This document shows, piece after piece, positions 23,851 through 32,936 of a stretch of 37,471 nucleotides of DNA. The stretch lies in the IMG/VR virus record IMGVR_UViG_3300036713_000524, positions 1 through 37,471 of that record; one strand, written 5' to 3'. This stretch comes from a virus. Taxonomy: Duplodnaviria; Caudoviricetes. The first letter of the stretch is position 1, and the number at the start of each line of letters is the position of its first letter. The notes under the pieces were generated by a model. It was not told where the DNA came from and did not search any database. It saw only the letters and a program-made list of their open reading frames with translations. The position numbers and the translations under genes are program-made.

Positions 23851-24149
23851 TTTTTTAGCTCGTCCTCCGATAGCTGATTGATTTCGTTCACTTTTTTCAA
23901 GATCTCTTGCGCGAGGTCGACGTTGATCGTATCGATCCACGAATCGAATTCCTCCTCCGTCATCACTGTGACTTCGCGAAGGTTGGTAATCAGCATTTCG
24001 AAAATTTTTGCCGCGTCTCGATCTGCCCTCACTTCTGCCTCAAGTTTTGCAAGCTTGATCTCTTGCCGAATAGATAGGCAGGTCACTTCCAATTCGTGAC
24101 CCTTGCCATATTTGATTGTCTGTCTCTCGCCAGGCTCGATGGTTTTCAT
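23847..24149 (-). CDS. Tail assembly chaperone (gpG-like)
   Basis: 100-aa acidic ORF between tail tube and tape measure, ending CTA AAA AAG TAA. Confidence 0.82.
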   Translation of the reverse strand: MKTIEPGERQTIKYGKGHELEVTCLSIRQEIKLAKLEAEVRADRDAAKIFEMLITNLREVTVMTEEEFDSWIDTINVDLAQEILKKVNEINQLSEDELKK

Positions 24150-24160
24150 GGTCTCGCTTT

Positions 24161-25096
24161 TTAGATGATGTTGTTAAAGGTAATGGACGTGCTTTGGTCC
24201 TGGTTCGCTCCGTTCTTGTTGCATTGCCAGGTCTGGTCGTCGGTCAGGATTCCTTCCCGTTCGCCGGTGTTGACGCTTATCAATTGCGCCTTCGGGATCG
24301 CAATCGTGATGTTGGATACTCCGGGTCCGTTCAGGACGATCGACATCGCTGCTTCCGTGTTGGCGATTAGGTCGCCCCACGGATCGTCGTCGGCGATTAA
24401 TTGCGCTTCGGGATTCCCGGTCACGGTTGAGATTCTGTCGGTGATGATTCCGGAAATGAAACCGGAATCGGTGCTCGCGCACTCCCGCAGCTTGATTACG
24501 TTGCCCGCGTCGTATTCCAGCGATTCCGTGCAAAGGACGAAACCATCAAAGGTCAGGGTAGCCGCTGCAAACCGGATGATCGTGTCGTTCGGATACGTTG
24601 GTGCGAGGATGACCGCGTCGATCGGTGGCTGCCATACTCCCTGGAAGCTCCAATCGATATAGGCTCGCCGGCCGGTAGGCATCATAAGCTTGAAAGTTCC
24701 AACGGCTCCGGCGAGGAATCGCTTTCGCCCGTTTTCGTAGACAGCCATCGTTAGCGTTTTGACGTTGGTCCCCGGCGCCTCGCTTCGCGGTGTGATAACC
24801 CCGGATGAATTAACGTAGCCGCAGCCGGCCAAAAGGACGGTGACCCAATCCGGAAGGGTAACGGTTCCGTCCCATTCGAGATCCGTCTTGAAGGTCATTC
24901 CCCCCTGATACTGACCGGCGACGCCTTGCAAGCGATCAAATCCGCCCTGCCCTTCCCTCGCTTCGACAGGAATGTCGCCGGCCAGGTTGATGTCGTAGGC
25001 GTTGAATTGCGCGTCAGTCGCCGTTGTCGCAATCGGGGTCCCGATCGTCGTTTCCGCTTTCGCTGCGATCGTCTCGATTTTCTTCAGTAGCGTCAT
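24161..25096 (-). CDS. Major tail tube protein
   Basis: 311 aa, Thr/Gly-rich beta protein beginning IAAKAETTIGT. Located before the chaperone and tape measure genes. Confidence 0.8.
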   Translation of the reverse strand: MTLLKKIETIAAKAETTIGTPIATTATDAQFNAYDINLAGDIPVEAREGQGGFDRLQGVAGQYQGGMTFKTDLEWDGTVTLPDWVTVLLAGCGYVNSSGVITPRSEAPGTNVKTLTMAVYENGRKRFLAGAVGTFKLMMPTGRRAYIDWSFQGVWQPPIDAVILAPTYPNDTIIRFAAATLTFDGFVLCTESLEYDAGNVIKLRECASTDSGFISGIITDRISTVTGNPEAQLIADDDPWGDLIANTEAAMSIVLNGPGVSNITIAIPKAQLISVNTGEREGILTDDQTWQCNKNGANQDQSTSITFNNII

Positions 25097-25424
25097 CGGC
25101 CTTTCCCTCTTGTTCGGTGTTAAGTGTTGGTTTGCAAACCGTAATTGGTTCGCCTTCGTTGCCTCGATCGACGCTAAAGCCAGCCGCTAAAATCGCACAA
25201 CTGATAAAAGTCCGGAGGGCCGTTTCTGCAACGCCTGGCGAGAGGTTCAAGTGAATGCATAAACAACCCTCCGGTTCTTCGGTGATCCCCACGCCCCTTA
25301 GCGGCAGGGCATCGATGTCGCTCGCCTTCAGGATTGGTTCGACGCAACGGGGGAAAAATGGGTAGCCATTGCCCGGTGTGATCTCTTCGATGATTGCCGT
25401 GATTTGCTGCTTGAATTCGTCCAT
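25014..25424 (-). CDS. Hypothetical protein, N-terminus similar to the tail terminator
   Basis: EEITPGNGYPF resembles ENITVANGYEF of 26005-26508. Its start overlaps the upstream stop. Confidence 0.55.
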   Translation of the reverse strand: MDEFKQQITAIIEEITPGNGYPFFPRCVEPILKASDIDALPLRGVGITEEPEGCLCIHLNLSPGVAETALRTFISCAILAAGFSVDRGNEGEPITVCKPTLNTEQEGKADDATEENRDDRSESGNDDRDPDCDNGD

Positions 25425-26002
25425 TAGATTTTGCCTGCTCGCTTTAGCGTATTAAAATTAATTCGTCGTTTGATCTGGTTTCGCAATTCCACCAACGTCT
25501 CCAGGTTGGTCGGTCGCTTCATTCGTTTCTTAACAAAAACGCCCCACGGCGATGGTCCGTGTAAAATCGCGATTGGCCACCTGCTCTTCCCCAGCCGCTT
25601 GAATGCATGCCCTCGCAGCTTGACCGCGCTGACGCCTGGCTTCGGTCCCATGAATCCACCGGCTGCCAGTGATCGCGACTTCCGTTTGCTAATTTTGTAC
25701 GTCACGCCCTTCTTGGTTTGTCTGGCCCGAAATGCCTTGACCGCCAACCTCGACGACCTTTTCAGTTTCACCGTCGCCGTTGGAAATGCTCCCGTTGTTG
25801 TCACGCTTTGCTTGATCAGTTCCTTGATTGCTTTCGAGGGTGCGTTCAGTTCCGTTCTGACGTTCTGGTTGATGATGGTCCCTGCCTTTTTTGCTGTTGC
25901 TCTAACCGCGATGGCAAGCTCTCGCCGGATTAGCTTTTTTGATCCCTTGAGCGACTTTTTTAACGCCCTCATGTCTCTCGCGTTGTACTGAATATCAAAC
26001 AT
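25424..26002 (-). CDS. Minor tail/tail completion protein (lambda gpZ-like)
   Basis: Very basic 192 aa with GHAFKRLGKSRWPIAILHGPS, a gpZ-like motif. Confidence 0.8.
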   Translation of the reverse strand: MFDIQYNARDMRALKKSLKGSKKLIRRELAIAVRATAKKAGTIINQNVRTELNAPSKAIKELIKQSVTTTGAFPTATVKLKRSSRLAVKAFRARQTKKGVTYKISKRKSRSLAAGGFMGPKPGVSAVKLRGHAFKRLGKSRWPIAILHGPSPWGVFVKKRMKRPTNLETLVELRNQIKRRINFNTLKRAGKI

Positions 26003-26004
26003 CG

Positions 26005-26508
26005 CTAACTAGCCGAAAAAGGGTTGATCTCCGATACCCGGTAGCCAATCACCAATTCGACAACCGCTCCGTCCCAGCCTGGCTCGTTAAACTGCGAGTA
26101 GTTTCCGAAGCTTGCCATGACCGCCAGCCCTCCGAAGGTGTGCCACTGGCCGGCATCGTTGTTTGCTAATGCCTTGCGAATCGCAGCCGCCATTTGATCT
26201 TCGTCGGTGCTGAATTCTGTCACGCCGACTTCCGTTTCGTCCACGTCGATTTGCTTCGCGAACCCGATCAATCTTAAGGTCAGGTTCATCCATAGCCTTG
26301 GCGGGTTCCCTGGCCAAGAAAGGGTTGGCTCCTCCTTGTCCTCTTCGGCCGAGACCCAGATGTCCTTGGTGTTAACCTCGCCCATGTCCAGGTCGCGGTC
26401 CGCCTGGCCGACGGTCCCAACGTCGAATTCGTAGCCGTTGGCGACCGTGATGTTTTCTAGCCGGCTGATGACCGCCGCAATGATTTGTTTGTTTATTGGG
26501 TCAGCCAT
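26005..26508 (-). CDS. Tail terminator-like protein (gpU-like)
   Basis: Acidic 167 aa beginning QIIAAVISRLENITVANGY, in the head-tail connector region. Confidence 0.7.
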   Translation of the reverse strand: MADPINKQIIAAVISRLENITVANGYEFDVGTVGQADRDLDMGEVNTKDIWVSAEEDKEEPTLSWPGNPPRLWMNLTLRLIGFAKQIDVDETEVGVTEFSTDEDQMAAAIRKALANNDAGQWHTFGGLAVMASFGNYSQFNEPGWDGAVVELVIGYRVSEINPFSAS

Positions 26509-26887
26509 TGATTCGCCTCGTATGGCAACGCCAGTCGTATTCGCCTGGCTCGGCTTCGACCGCTCCGGTTCCTTCGGCCAGGATGGTGACTTCCCACGTC
26601 TCCAGGTCTGTCCCTGTCGCGTCTTGAATGATGATGCGATCGTTCACTTGTGGCTTCGTTGCGATTGAATCAAGGACGGCGGATGCAACCGGGATTAGAA
26701 AGTCCCGCGTCTGCCCCTTAACGTCGATGCCCAACCCATCCAGCCCTTCGATTCTTACTCCGTCCCTTCGGGCGGTGAATTGTTCGCTGACGGTGGTCCC
26801 CCTAGACAAAATCGCAAGAATGCCGAACGATCTCTCGACCGCTGGCATCACTTGCGAATTGAATTCCGACTCGAACCGGTTCGTCAT
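26501..26887 (-). CDS. Head-tail joining protein (gpFII-like)
   Basis: 128 aa with KPQVNDRII..WEV pattern. Supported by synteny. Confidence 0.68.
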   Translation of the reverse strand: MTNRFESEFNSQVMPAVERSFGILAILSRGTTVSEQFTARRDGVRIEGLDGLGIDVKGQTRDFLIPVASAVLDSIATKPQVNDRIIIQDATGTDLETWEVTILAEGTGAVEAEPGEYDWRCHTRRING

Positions 26888-26888
26888 T

Positions 26889-27599
26889 TTAGACCGCTTG
26901 GTTTAACTCGATCGTCGCTTCCAAGATGTCGAGGTAATCCGTGTTGGTGTCGGCCGTCTTTTGCAACTGGAAGAACAGTTGAAGTCCTCCCGCATAGTTG
27001 GTCATGTCAAACCGCGTACCACTTGCGACCCGCCGTTGCGACCCGTTGTCGTTTGACGCATAGAATTCGATGTTGCTCTTGCGACCAAGGGACAAGCTTG
27101 GCGGTCCCTGTAGGTGTCCGCGTGAAGCAAAATCGATGCCAAATCGTTTCCACGAATCGGTCAGCGTCATGCCGGTGGCAACGTCATCGTTGTTGTTGGT
27201 TCCGTCGTCCGTTTCAACAACGACCGCGCTGCTTCCAATGCAACGGAAAAGTGCCGCTTCGGTGATCGAATCGATCGCGTCATTCCTGGCACTCGCCAGC
27301 CCAAAGGCCAGCTGGCTAGTTGCGTCGAGGGCTGCCACGGTCTTGGCCACAATTTCGACGCTGATGATTTCGTCGATATCGAAAGGCAAAACGTCACCCA
27401 TGTAGACGCACAAATTCTCGACTTCCGAGGTGGCTGCCAATTGCAGGCGAATTCCGCCCCCTGCAAGTCCGCCGACCGTCGGTGCTCCTGCTGCCGAGGT
27501 GTCTGCCTTGACAAACGGATTGCCGGCTCCGCTGCCGGCTGCTGCAAGGGCGAGTTCGCCACGGAAATCGTAGCGGATTTTTCTGCTTTGTTTGGACAT
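26889..27599 (-). CDS. Putative capsid decoration/minor head protein
   Basis: 236-aa beta-rich ORF directly after the capsid gene. Confidence 0.6.
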   Translation of the reverse strand: MSKQSRKIRYDFRGELALAAAGSGAGNPFVKADTSAAGAPTVGGLAGGGIRLQLAATSEVENLCVYMGDVLPFDIDEIISVEIVAKTVAALDATSQLAFGLASARNDAIDSITEAALFRCIGSSAVVVETDDGTNNNDDVATGMTLTDSWKRFGIDFASRGHLQGPPSLSLGRKSNIEFYASNDNGSQRRVASGTRFDMTNYAGGLQLFFQLQKTADTNTDYLDILEATIELNQAV

Positions 27600-27670
27600 A
27601 ATTTAGTGTTCCAAGGACTGAAAAAAGAATTGTAACAGGCGTTGAATTGCAACCCCGAAGGGCACCTTTT

Positions 27671-30343
27671 TTAGGTGACGTTCCGGACTGCATACCTCCA
27701 GTTTTTGACCGCCGCCGCTGCCCGGCCTTCCAGGCTGACGTAGGTGGTCTTGGTGCTCGGGTCGTACCAACGCTCCCGACGGCCGGCCGTTCCGAACCCG
27801 TTGAAATAGCCACGGACAACCGTCGCCGTATTCAGCCGCGTTGGGTTCCGCAAACCGTACCAGGTAGTGAGCGATGCAACTCGCAATTCGCTTTCGGGGA
27901 TGACCCCGACCTGGTTCCGATACAAGCCAACGTTGGCGGTTGTTGCTGCGACCTTATCTTCCAGGCCGCCCGCGTTCAGTGGCATAAAGGTCCGTCTCGC
28001 TGATTGAGCAACCGTCCCGGTTGGACAGAAGCAAGTGTTGATTGTTCCGCGTACGCGACGGCCGGTGTTGATGCCGCCGATGTCATTGTACAGCGTCTCC
28101 ATCGCTGCCCATTCCGCGTCGCTGGGAACCCCGCCCCCGGTTCTCGCATTGTTATTCAGCGCGGGATTGGCTCCGGATCCGGTGTCGGCTCGGTTGGCAA
28201 ACAATGCCGATCCGTCTAGCAACGTCTCCGTGCTAGTGAACCGCTCAAGAACCAATCGGTTTTGCGTCAATTGCCACGCTTCGGCCAGGCCGATCATGCC
28301 TTCGGCAAATGCGTTCATGTCGTCGTTGGCGACCATCACCGGTGTCCAACCGAACGCGTTACCAAATCGGCGAAGGTAAATGTAGGAAAGGACCTCCTCT
28401 TCCAGGCCCAGTTCCTTCAATTGCTCCGCGTCTTTCAGTTCATCCAATTCATCGACGACGCCCTTGTTGATCATCAAGCTTGGCTTGAAGTCCTTCAGGC
28501 CGCCTGGCAAGGTGGCCGAAACCAACGGATAGCTGTAGTCTTCATCTAACTCGATCGAGTCCAGGAATTTGTTCGCCATCCCGCTTAGGATGTTGGGGAA
28601 ATCTCCCGGCCGCGATGCTGGGATGCTCGCGCTCAAGTAGCGAGCATCCTCCCTCTCGCTATAGAACCGATGGCGTTGCAGGGGATTGCCCATTTGCATT
28701 GCCATCTCCGCGATCTCTTCTCGCGGTCCGTGAATATCCACTTGCTGCCCGTCCTGCAGAAGGCATTCCGCTGCGATTGCATGCAATGGCCGGTTGAGCA
28801 GGTTCCGTGCCCCTGGCCGCATCTCCATTGCCGCGTTATCGGACGAACGGAAGCAAAGGGCGTCGATTGCATCAAGGGCGAATTCGTCTCGCCCTTCGCG
28901 GATGACGTTTGCCCGCGGCGCCGGAATGGCCGGCTCGGCTGCCGCCGATACTCCGTTCCACGCTTCGACTGCTTGCGTCGAGTTGTGGCCGGCTGCCGCC
29001 GATGCGTTAATCATCGCGGTCGTCACTCGATCTTCGCCGGCCGTCGCGTTGACGATTGCGGCTGCTGCCAGGAGATCGCTCAATCTGGCTTCTGCCATCT
29101 CCGTCGCATGCGCGGTTGCGACATTCGGTGCCGGGGCAGCAGGGGTTCCCGTCGTATTCGCGGCAGGTGCCGGCGCCGCAGCCAAAGGGGCAGCCGTTGG
29201 TGTCACGAGAACGGCCGTAGCCCCCAGGCTGCTGCTTCCGGTCAGGGCATCGAGAATGCCTTGCTCGTTGGCCGGTGTTTCAATTCCTTTTGCTTTCAAA
29301 AAAACGGTAAGTGCCGCTTCGCAGGTTTGGTCGCTTGCGTCTGCCGCCTGGACGTAGCCAAGAGCAAAAAGCATAGCTCGAATTTTAGCTGTAATGGTCA
29401 TCTTCTTTTCCTCTTGGAAAACTGGTGTCGGTTCAGCCACGCTGGCTGTTTCAATGGTTGCGCTGATTGATGCCGGCCCGCTGGAAGCTCTCACTTTCCC
29501 GAGTGCATCTTCAAAGTTGGAAACGATCCCGTCGATCATTCCCCGACCAAGAGCAACGTCCGCGCGGAATGCGTCACCTTGGCCATAGCTGCTCACCACT
29601 TGCTCTGGCGAAATGTTTCTGTATTTGGCAACGTCGGAAATGAACCCGTCGCCATAGCTGTTGATAAATCCTTGCAAGGTCTTTTTGGCTTCGCCCTGCA
29701 ACGGCTCGTATGCATTGCCGTGCCCTTTTTTTGGCGACTTGTCGTTGGTCACGACCGTCACGTTGACGCCGTAGTCGGCCATCATCTTGGATGCGTCTTG
29801 GTGATGGTAGATCGTCCCGATGGATCCGATCAACGAATCGGCTGTCGCATAGGACCTGTCGGCTGCAGCCATCAAATAGAATCCGGCCGAACCGCACATT
29901 CCTTGGCAGTAGGCAACGATTGGCTTGCTTCCCCTGGCTGCAAAGATCGTGTCTGCGACTCGCTTGACCCCGATCGCCGATCCACCGGGTGTGTTTAGGA
30001 GCAGCATCACTCCCTGCACTTGGGGATCGGCGATCGCCTTCTTGATGTCCCGTTCGATCACCTGGTAGGACGCTGCGTAGCCCGCTTTCACGAGATAGCT
30101 GTTCTCCTCCTGCAGTACTCCGTTGACCGAAATGACGGCTGTCCCGTTGATCATCGAAGTTGTCGGCTCTTCGTCTTGCCTTCCAAATTCGAGGGCTGCC
30201 TCAATACCGGCCACGCTTCCGTCTTCGGCTGCAACCAGCAACCGCTCGTATGCCGATGGCATGATCGACCAGGGAAGGCCGTCCCGAATCGCGGACGTTA
30301 GCTTGACTCGCTGCCGCCGTCGCTTTGCTTTTTTTAGCGTCAT
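27671..30343 (-). CDS. S49 (SppA-like) prohead protease fused to scaffold-like linker and major capsid protein
   Basis: LLLNTPGGS, GMCGSAGFYL and IGSIG (S49), an Ala/Pro/Thr linker, then a capsid-like C-half (DFPNILSGMANK, DFKP, NDDMNAF, LDGSALF). Confidence 0.88.
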   Translation of the reverse strand: MTLKKAKRRRQRVKLTSAIRDGLPWSIMPSAYERLLVAAEDGSVAGIEAALEFGRQDEEPTTSMINGTAVISVNGVLQEENSYLVKAGYAASYQVIERDIKKAIADPQVQGVMLLLNTPGGSAIGVKRVADTIFAARGSKPIVAYCQGMCGSAGFYLMAAADRSYATADSLIGSIGTIYHHQDASKMMADYGVNVTVVTNDKSPKKGHGNAYEPLQGEAKKTLQGFINSYGDGFISDVAKYRNISPEQVVSSYGQGDAFRADVALGRGMIDGIVSNFEDALGKVRASSGPASISATIETASVAEPTPVFQEEKKMTITAKIRAMLFALGYVQAADASDQTCEAALTVFLKAKGIETPANEQGILDALTGSSSLGATAVLVTPTAAPLAAAPAPAANTTGTPAAPAPNVATAHATEMAEARLSDLLAAAAIVNATAGEDRVTTAMINASAAAGHNSTQAVEAWNGVSAAAEPAIPAPRANVIREGRDEFALDAIDALCFRSSDNAAMEMRPGARNLLNRPLHAIAAECLLQDGQQVDIHGPREEIAEMAMQMGNPLQRHRFYSEREDARYLSASIPASRPGDFPNILSGMANKFLDSIELDEDYSYPLVSATLPGGLKDFKPSLMINKGVVDELDELKDAEQLKELGLEEEVLSYIYLRRFGNAFGWTPVMVANDDMNAFAEGMIGLAEAWQLTQNRLVLERFTSTETLLDGSALFANRADTGSGANPALNNNARTGGGVPSDAEWAAMETLYNDIGGINTGRRVRGTINTCFCPTGTVAQSARRTFMPLNAGGLEDKVAATTANVGLYRNQVGVIPESELRVASLTTWYGLRNPTRLNTATVVRGYFNGFGTAGRRERWYDPSTKTTYVSLEGRAAAAVKNWRYAVRNVT

Positions 30344-32085
30344 TCTAAGTCCAAAAGTAGGGACAACCGGTCAGCGATCTTTTCTGCCTGGTCGTCGGTT
30401 GAATCTTCCGCCTGGCTGTTATCGGATGCTTGCCCCTGGCTTCCGTTACCTTGCGGTCCGCTTCCCGATTTGGTGAAGTCTGGCGTCGTGCCGAATAACT
30501 CAAACACTCGTTGCTCGACCGCTTTTTGCATCAGGACCCGGATCCAGTGCTTGTTGTTCCTCGCGCACTCCTCTTTGTACGTTGACATCATTGTTCGCAA
30601 TCGACCGGTTCTGGCTTCGCCCTCCTTGAACGGATCCATCAAATCCCGGCCGTTGCCGATGATGTCGAACCGTTGGTAGGTTCGCTCGCTCTTGCGGAAT
30701 TCCGACGGCGAAAGGCTCTTGATTCGTCCGCTTGCAATCGCCAGCTGGTTGAATGTTTGCCTTACCGGAAGGGCGCAGGCAAAACCGAACCATTGCTGGA
30801 GCGGTCCGACTTCCAGGTCTTCGTCCAGCTTGGCTGCCCGCGATGACGAAAAGTTCACCGATTCGTAGTCGCCGGATAGCGAGTGGTAGCTTAGCCCGAC
30901 CGATGATGCGATGTCTCGATCGATTAGTTTCATGAACGGTCCCGCGTCTCGGTTTGGCCGGCTTGGCTTCACTAGTTCGATCGATTCGTCGGTGTCAATA
31001 ACTGATGCAACCGGTGAATGCCCAAGCTTGTATTCTCGATTGTTGTATTCATCGAGATCGCTTTCGCCGTCTTCAAATCCCCATGCACCGTATTTGCTGC
31101 CGTCTTTTAATTTAGCAACCAGGAGGAGGACGGCTTCTGCTGCCGCCGTTCGCAACTCGCTTTCCATGTAGCTGTCGCGGTCCCAGATCGACTGCCCTGC
31201 TGCATCCAACCATGAAACCCCGAGGCTGGATGATGGTCGATCAAAAAGGGCCAGGTCGATTACCCGGTCCGCTGCAACTCGAATGCTCCGCGTCGACGAA
31301 TTGATCGGTGCTCCTGCTCCGGTCAGCATCGATTGGTTCAGTCCAAACGTATCGTAGGGGTGATCGAGAAATAGGTGGTACGCAATGACCTGGTTGATGT
31401 CGTTGATCTCCAGCCCACCAATGATTTTGTTTTGGACCTGTCCGTTGCTGCTCCGGCCGGCTTCCCGGTCTTGCGTCAGGTCCAGTTGTTCCCTTTCGAA
31501 CATTTGCCACGCGATCGGCACCAGGTGTTTATCGGGATTGTAGTCTCGCCGAAAAACGCGAACCATTAATCCGTTGCCTACGATAGCCGCTTCGCCCAAT
31601 GCCATTCGGAACATCTCCGGTCCCGATAGCCGGCCTTCAACGTCAAATTGTTTTCGGTCGCTGCTGTATTGATCGTAGAGGTCGTCGCTTTCCAACGCGT
31701 ATTGCAGCCGTGGCCCGAATGTTCCCTGGCTGATGGTGTCCAGTTCGGTCACAATCTGGAACATCTCGCTAGGCAAAAAAGGCCACGCATATGTTTGCAT
31801 TCCCTTGCCAATCACAAGATTCGTTAGAACCCGTTTCAGTCTCTTGGCTTGCGGTGTGTTCCGAACCAGGTCGCGCGACCGTCGGTTCATGATGTCTTGC
31901 GATCCCATGATCGCTGCATCACCCGAGAACCCGTTCGGCTGGAATGCTTCGCGAGGGCGATCCCTCCGTCCCAGCTTGAATGCCTCCATCGCATCCTGCG
32001 TTGCTTGCCTTAGCATCTCGCCACCGAACGCTTTCGAACCTGGCTTCGGAGTTGGCTTGCTTCCCTTGTTGAACGGCCAGATCAT
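30340..32085 (-). CDS. Portal protein, lambda family
   Basis: RSRDLVRN, GLSYHSLSGDYESVNFSSSRAA and MDPFKE motifs. Confidence 0.93.
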   Translation of the reverse strand: MIWPFNKGSKPTPKPGSKAFGGEMLRQATQDAMEAFKLGRRDRPREAFQPNGFSGDAAIMGSQDIMNRRSRDLVRNTPQAKRLKRVLTNLVIGKGMQTYAWPFLPSEMFQIVTELDTISQGTFGPRLQYALESDDLYDQYSSDRKQFDVEGRLSGPEMFRMALGEAAIVGNGLMVRVFRRDYNPDKHLVPIAWQMFEREQLDLTQDREAGRSSNGQVQNKIIGGLEINDINQVIAYHLFLDHPYDTFGLNQSMLTGAGAPINSSTRSIRVAADRVIDLALFDRPSSSLGVSWLDAAGQSIWDRDSYMESELRTAAAEAVLLLVAKLKDGSKYGAWGFEDGESDLDEYNNREYKLGHSPVASVIDTDESIELVKPSRPNRDAGPFMKLIDRDIASSVGLSYHSLSGDYESVNFSSSRAAKLDEDLEVGPLQQWFGFACALPVRQTFNQLAIASGRIKSLSPSEFRKSERTYQRFDIIGNGRDLMDPFKEGEARTGRLRTMMSTYKEECARNNKHWIRVLMQKAVEQRVFELFGTTPDFTKSGSGPQGNGSQGQASDNSQAEDSTDDQAEKIADRLSLLLDLE

Positions 32086-32297
32086 AAATCAATCCTTTTC
32101 ACCGGATGAAAAATCTGGCGCCGTCCTCCGGCTGCATTCGCTTTCCGTTCGAACCGGTCGATGATGTCGGACAGCCGATCAATCTCAAGCATCGATTGGG
32201 TCCGCTGCGCCTCCGACCAACTGCTGCTGTCGGTCTGCAGAATGCGGTTGAGGGCATCTCTTGCGTTGTCAACGATGGTCTGGTCGGATGCTGCCAT
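32082..32297 (-). CDS. Head completion protein (gpW-like)
   Basis: 71-aa helix-hairpin-helix-shaped protein just upstream of a lambda-type portal. Confidence 0.65.
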   Translation of the reverse strand: MAASDQTIVDNARDALNRILQTDSSSWSEAQRTQSMLEIDRLSDIIDRFERKANAAGGRRQIFHPVKRIDL

Positions 32298-32369
32298 CCT
32301 GTCAGGCTATCCTAAAAGATCGCCGCTCACAAACCGAACCGGTAATTGTTGTTGCCGTTTTCGGCAACC

Positions 32370-32936
32370 CTAGCGGTCCCCGATGCCCGCTTCGACTCGC
32401 CTCCCTGGCCGATTCAAGATCAATTGCGCTGCCATTTGCGGGGTTGGCATCGGATTCGTTTTCCACTTGCAACGTGGGCATTCCAATACCACGGTTGCGT
32501 TATTCGAAAATTTCCGTTCCCGCTCGCATGCGACTGGCGACTTGTCGGTGGAACATCGCGGACAGGTCACCGGCTCTACTGGCACAACCCGTGAAAGTTT
32601 TGTTTTTATGATCTGCGCTGTCTCTTTGCATTTCGCCACGGCGCATTTGTAATAGGTGGTTGGTGAGTCTCGCCGGCCGCCGCTGCTCCGTTTCATTCGG
32701 CAATGGTGATGTTTGCAATAGGGGATTCCGTCGGTGTCCTTCGGTGTCCCCGGTTCATCTCTCACTTCGGTGAACCCCTCCTTGACCTCGATCGCTTCGT
32801 CAAAGTCCACGGGCAATTCTCGGCTGCTCTGATTCTGTCCTGCCATCATCTCGCTCCTAGTTCCAACGGTTTTGACGATGCTCCGATTGTCGGTGCTCGC
32901 CGTGGTTTCGCTTTTATCAAATTCTCTCTTAGCCAT
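32370..32936 (-). CDS. Double zinc-finger protein (Ogr/Delta-like)
   Basis: CKHHHCRM..YYKCAVAKC and CPRC..LECPRC. Confidence 0.65.
   Translation of the reverse strand: MAKREFDKSETTASTDNRSIVKTVGTRSEMMAGQNQSSRELPVDFDEAIEVKEGFTEVRDEPGTPKDTDGIPYCKHHHCRMKRSSGGRRDSPTTYYKCAVAKCKETAQIIKTKLSRVVPVEPVTCPRCSTDKSPVACERERKFSNNATVVLECPRCKWKTNPMPTPQMAAQLILNRPGRRVEAGIGDR

Noticed and set aside
27167-27670. Stop read-through extension of the capsid protein
   Set aside because: The frame is open, but the stop is TAA and the product is a Ser/Pro/Arg-rich shadow of the overlapping 236-aa gene.
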